This document shows, piece by piece, positions 34,213-38,061 of a stretch of DNA of 38,061 nt (positions within the stretch are counted from its first letter, which is position 1; the number at the start of each line of letters is the position of its first letter). The notes under the pieces were generated by a model that made no database searches, was not told the origin of the DNA, and worked only from the letters and a program-made list of their open reading frames with translations. The position numbers and the translations under genes are program-made. Source of the DNA: a virus (taxonomy: Duplodnaviria > Heunggongvirae > Uroviricota > Caudoviricetes); IMG/VR virus record IMGVR_UViG_2541047882_000004, one strand, 5' to 3'.

Positions 34213-35397
34213 ATGACGTCATTATCAGAACAGCTGCAGGCAATAAATGCCGCGTATCAGGAATCCCTGAAAAATGAGAAAAAACAGGAAACCATTGCCA
34301 CGACCGTCCGGGAATTCTGCCCGGCGTATCGGGTGACAGCTGAAGGGCGGGATATCACGCGGGTGCTGGCCCGTTATCTTGTGGATATCACCCTGACGGA
34401 TTACGGCGGAGCCACCGCCAAATCTGATGAACTGAAAATCACTCTGCTTTCTGAAACACTGCCCCTGCCGACAAAGGGGGCGCGTCTGCGGGTGGCGCTG
34501 GGGTTTAACGGTAACCTGGTGGACAAGGGCTGGTTTGTGGTATGCGGCGTGAGCAGTAGTGGTCCGCCGCGTCGGATCGAAATTTATGCTACCGCTGCCC
34601 CCATGAATGCGGAAAAGCAGTCCGGCGACGTGCTGAATCAGAAAACACGTAGCTGGGATAATCTCACGCTGGGCGATCTGGTGAAAACCGTGGCCACAGA
34701 AAATGGCCTGAAAGCACGGGTGGCGGAAAAGCTGGCGGGGATCCGTATCACGCATGTGGATCAGGTGGCAGAATCCGATGCCAGCCTGCTTTCTCGTTTG
34801 GCCCGGACCTATAACGCCGTCAGTAAACCCGCCGGGGGATACTGGTTGTTTCTGGAGCAGGGTGCCGGAACCACCGTATCGGGCGCGCCCCTGAAGACCG
34901 TGACGCTGACACCTTCCGTGGTGTCATCCTGGAATTATCAGGAAGGTGAACGGGGGAGCTCTGGCGGCGGTGGAGATAAAAAAAAGAAGAAAGAAAAAAT
35001 CACGGTTCGTTATTTTGACAAGGCTGACGGGCGAACCAAAACAGCAACCGTGGAGCATGACGGCTCGTCTGTAACCAGTCCGTACACGCAGCCGGAAAAG
35101 GAAACGGCTGAACAACAGGCAAAGTCAAAAAAAACACAGGCGCAACGCAACAGCCGGAAAATGACGCTGACAGGGCCGTGCCGTCCTTCATATGTTGCCA
35201 TGACCGCCGAATCCGGCGTGGTGACATCCGGATTTGGTAAGCGGGAAGATCGCCGCTGGCTCGTGGAGTCACTGGCGTTTTCCCTCTCTTCTTCAGGCTT
35301 TACCTTCACGTTTAATCTGGTGGCTGAAATCAAAAGCAAAAAATCCGGTGATAAAACGCCGCCGGATTATTTTGGTACCGGATCAGGAAAAAAATAA
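34213..35397 (+). CDS. Late control D-like tail/baseplate protein (gpD-like)
   Basis: About 394 aa; AGGGAGG RBS; position and size match P2 gpD; contains a GGGGDKKKKKEK low-complexity insert. Confidence 0.75.
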   Translation: MTSLSEQLQAINAAYQESLKNEKKQETIATTVREFCPAYRVTAEGRDITRVLARYLVDITLTDYGGATAKSDELKITLLSETLPLPTKGARLRVALGFNGNLVDKGWFVVCGVSSSGPPRRIEIYATAAPMNAEKQSGDVLNQKTRSWDNLTLGDLVKTVATENGLKARVAEKLAGIRITHVDQVAESDASLLSRLARTYNAVSKPAGGYWLFLEQGAGTTVSGAPLKTVTLTPSVVSSWNYQEGERGSSGGGGDKKKKKEKITVRYFDKADGRTKTATVEHDGSSVTSPYTQPEKETAEQQAKSKKTQAQRNSRKMTLTGPCRPSYVAMTAESGVVTSGFGKREDRRWLVESLAFSLSSSGFTFTFNLVAEIKSKKSGDKTPPDYFGTGSGKK

Positions 35398-35399
35398 TC

Positions 35400-35753
35400 A
35401 TGAATGGTGTGAACTGCCGGACGGGGAAGCGCCTGTCCGGTGCGGCGCATCTGCGCCAGTCAGTCAGCGATATTCTGAACACGCCAGTGGGAAGCCGTGT
35501 TCTGGTCAGGGATTACGGCAGCGATCTTTTTGAATTGCTGGACTCTCCCCGGGATGACCTGCTGAGGCTGCGCATAATTGCTGCCACGGCGACGGCGCTG
35601 GCGCGCTGGGAGCCCCGGCTGAAAGTGTCAAAAGTGATCGTGACGTTTCCGGAAGATGAGGCCGGATGTGTGGTGGATATCACGGGGACGAATACGGAAA
35701 CCGGTACACAGGTAACAACAGGAGGAATAACCGTTTATGGCAGAAAGTTATGA
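35400..35753 (+). CDS. Baseplate wedge protein (gpW/gp25-like)
   Basis: 117 aa, size and sequence character of the gpW/gp25 family; precedes the J-like gene. Confidence 0.75.
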   Translation: MNGVNCRTGKRLSGAAHLRQSVSDILNTPVGSRVLVRDYGSDLFELLDSPRDDLLRLRIIAATATALARWEPRLKVSKVIVTFPEDEAGCVVDITGTNTETGTQVTTGGITVYGRKL

Positions 35754-36642
35754 TGTGATCAATCTTTCGGATTTGCCCGTACCGGATGCCATCGTGGTGC
35801 CTGACGCGGCGGTGATTTTCGGGGCCTGGCTGGCACGTCTGCGCGAACTGGATCCTGAATTTGATGCTCTGGTGGAATCCGACCCGACTTACAAGCAGGG
35901 CGAAGTGACCGCCTTTCAGCTCACCCTGGCTTTTCAGCGGGTGAATGATGCCGTGCGGGCTGTTTTTCTGGCAAGTGCACAGAAGGCCGATCTCGATCAG
36001 ATTGGCGCGGCGTTCAATGTCGGACGTATGGTGATTGTTCCGGCAAATCCGGATGCCGTGCCTCCGACGGATGCGGTTATGGAAGAGGACGAGGCTTTTC
36101 GCGAACGCATTCAGTTGTCCTGGTCGCAACTGAATACTGCAGGCGCCCGCAACGCCTATCGTTTTCATGCCCGTTCTGCTGATGAAGATGTGCTGGATGC
36201 TGATGCCTATGGTCCGGAAGAGCACGGGCGTGCGGGGGCGGTGGATGTCTACGTATTGTCCCGTGAAGGAAATGGCACTGCCAGCGAGGCGTTGCTGGAT
36301 GCGGTCAGTGCGCGGCTGAATGCTGATGAAATTCGTCCGCTAACGGATTTTGTGACGGTGAAAAGCGCCATTATTAATGACTATACCGTGACGGCTGAAC
36401 TGGAAATACCGGACGGCCCGGATGCCGGTGAAGTGCTGGAAAATGCGAAAAACACGCTGATGTCTTATACCCGGCTGGCAAACCGGATTAATGGCATGGT
36501 GCCGCTGTCCGCCATTTACGCAGCACTTCAACAGACTGGTGTGGCGCGGGTTATTCTGTCCAGTCCCCGGGCTGATATCGAACCGGCAACCGGTACGGCT
36601 CCCCGCTGTGCTGCCGTTAATGTGACGCGCAGAGAGGTATAG
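35737..36642 (+). CDS. Baseplate protein J-like
   Basis: 301 aa; AGGAGGAA RBS; baseplate position. Confidence 0.8.
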   Translation: MAESYDVINLSDLPVPDAIVVPDAAVIFGAWLARLRELDPEFDALVESDPTYKQGEVTAFQLTLAFQRVNDAVRAVFLASAQKADLDQIGAAFNVGRMVIVPANPDAVPPTDAVMEEDEAFRERIQLSWSQLNTAGARNAYRFHARSADEDVLDADAYGPEEHGRAGAVDVYVLSREGNGTASEALLDAVSARLNADEIRPLTDFVTVKSAIINDYTVTAELEIPDGPDAGEVLENAKNTLMSYTRLANRINGMVPLSAIYAALQQTGVARVILSSPRADIEPATGTAPRCAAVNVTRREV

Positions 36643-36644
36643 TG

Positions 36645-37199
36645 ATGGCGGAGACGTTTCGCTCACTTCTGCCGCCTTCCGCTGTCAGGCCGGAGCGGGC
36701 ACAGGAGCAGGCCACAACAGAAAGCATCCTGACACTTGATACGGATATGGTCAGAAAGGTGAAAAATCCGGATACCTGTCCGTTGCATCTGTTGCCGTGG
36801 CTGGCATGGGAGTTTGCTGTGGATTTCTGGCAGGACGACTGGAGTGAAGAGCAGAAGCGGCAGATTTTACGTGATGCGGCATATGTGCATCAGCACCGGG
36901 GGACGGCGGGGGCAGTGTTGCGGGCGCTTGGTGCGGTTGGTGTTCCGGTAGCAATCAAAGAGTGGTGGCAGGATTCACCGCGCAAAAAACCGTACACGTT
37001 TCGTGTGGAGCTGTTTTTGCGGGAAGGGGCTGACAGTGTGCTTTACAGTCGGGTCAGGGCGCTGGTCATTAAGGCCAAGAATTTACGCAGCGGTCTGAGC
37101 ACCATTGACGTAAATACGGATATCGGAAAGGAGAGCCAGTTTTATGTTGGTGGCGCGGTGACCGCGCATATTGATGTGGTGATTGAGGCGGGAGAATAA
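36645..37199 (+). CDS. Tail protein I-like
   Basis: About 184 aa following J; ATG 36645 (the track ORF starts at GTG 36642). Confidence 0.65.
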   Translation: MAETFRSLLPPSAVRPERAQEQATTESILTLDTDMVRKVKNPDTCPLHLLPWLAWEFAVDFWQDDWSEEQKRQILRDAAYVHQHRGTAGAVLRALGAVGVPVAIKEWWQDSPRKKPYTFRVELFLREGADSVLYSRVRALVIKAKNLRSGLSTIDVNTDIGKESQFYVGGAVTAHIDVVIEAGE

Positions 37200-37200
37200 C

Positions 37201-38061
37201 GTGACCACGAAACATTGCAGTATTCTGACAAACAGAGGGAAAGCACTCGAGGCTGCGTCTGCGGCGGGTGGTGCGCCGGTGGTGCTGGACGGGTTTGTGG
37301 TGGGGGACGGAAACGGAAATGCTGTCACACCAGAGGCCGGGCAGACGGCGCTGGTCAGGGAAGTTTATCGCGGCACCATATCACGTCTGACTGTATCGCC
37401 TGACCAGGAAAACCAGTTTATTGCGTATCTTGTACTGCCGGAGGGCGTGGGGGGATTTACGGTCAGGGAAGCGGGGCTGCTGACCACCGATGGTGAGCTT
37501 TATGCCGTCGGAAGTTGTGCAGCCATTGAGAAACCGGTAAATGGCGTTACCGCCACACTGCAGTTCCGGCTGGCAGTGGCAGAAAGTGCGCAGGTCACGC
37601 TGAATGTGGCAACCGGGGATGGTCTGTTTCTGCGTCAGGACAGGAATCTTTCGGATGTGGAAGACAAAGATGAGGCTGTTGAAAACCTCGGATTAAAACC
37701 TACAGTGGATAAGGCAAAAAATGCCGTTCAGCGTGATGGTGACACCATGACCGGAGAACTGAAAATCCGTGGTGTTAATGCGCTGAGGATTTTCAACGAA
37801 GCCTTTGGCCTGATTTTTCGTCGTTCGGAAGAGTGCCTGCACCTTATTCCTACCAGTGAAGGTCAGGGCGAGAATGGCGATATTGGTCCCCTTCGTCCGT
37901 TCACCATAAATCTGCGGACGGGTGAAATATCCATGTCGCACAAAGTGTCTGTTGGCGGTGGTTCGCAGGTCAATGGTGCGCTGGGTATCGGCGTTCAGAA
38001 CGCGCTGGGCGGAAACTCAATTGCTTTCGGGGATAACGATACCGGCCTGAAACAGAATGGT
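37201..38061 (+). CDS. Tail fibre protein, N-terminal part (truncated by window end)
   Basis: Hand-translated open frame from GTG 37201 (GGGAGAA RBS) to the window edge; N-terminus resembles P2 gpH-type fibre proteins; not in the ORF track because no stop lies within the window. Confidence 0.7.
   Translation, partial: MTTKHCSILTNRGKALEAASAAGGAPVVLDGFVVGDGNGNAVTPEAGQTALVREVYRGTISRLTVSPDQENQFIAYLVLPEGVGGFTVREAGLLTTDGELYAVGSCAAIEKPVNGVTATLQFRLAVAESAQVTLNVATGDGLFLRQDRNLSDVEDKDEAVENLGLKPTVDKAKNAVQRDGDTMTGELKIRGVNALRIFNEAFGLIFRRSEECLHLIPTSEGQGENGDIGPLRPFTINLRTGEISMSHKVSVGGGSQVNGALGIGVQNALGGNSIAFGDNDTGLKQNG

Overview
The window reads as one nearly complete temperate-phage genome (a prophage) of enterobacterial type, with the tail-fibre gene running off the right edge. 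Nothing was searched against databases; all calls rest on the ORF track, motifs read directly from the sequence, and gene order. Layout: integrase and excisionase at the left edge (1-1606, minus strand); an accessory left arm of small unknown and membrane proteins (1615-5426, minus); a cI-like repressor (5572-6261) divergent from a Cro-like gene (6395-6694); antirepressor, Lar-like and Rha-like genes (6771-8514); a replication module with initiator, DnaC-like loader and DnaB-like helicase (8958-12227); a Q-like antiterminator (12481-12828); a three-gene minus-strand cassette (12841-14355); an orphan DNA methyltransferase (14971-16011); two tRNA genes (16187-16337); a TerB-like gene and a convergent zinc-ribbon protein (16803-18098); a lysis cassette (18397-19625); lambda-type terminase, portal and a protease-capsid fusion (20350-26749); and a P2/Mu-like contractile tail module (28791-38061). 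No N-like antiterminator, exo/bet/gam recombination genes, CRISPR array or insertion sequence was recognised. The best candidates for an undescribed system are the minus-strand cassette at 12841-14355 and the two operons downstream of cI at 3640-5508; a GC-rich structured untranslated region at 7835-8148 is also worth testing as a regulatory RNA.
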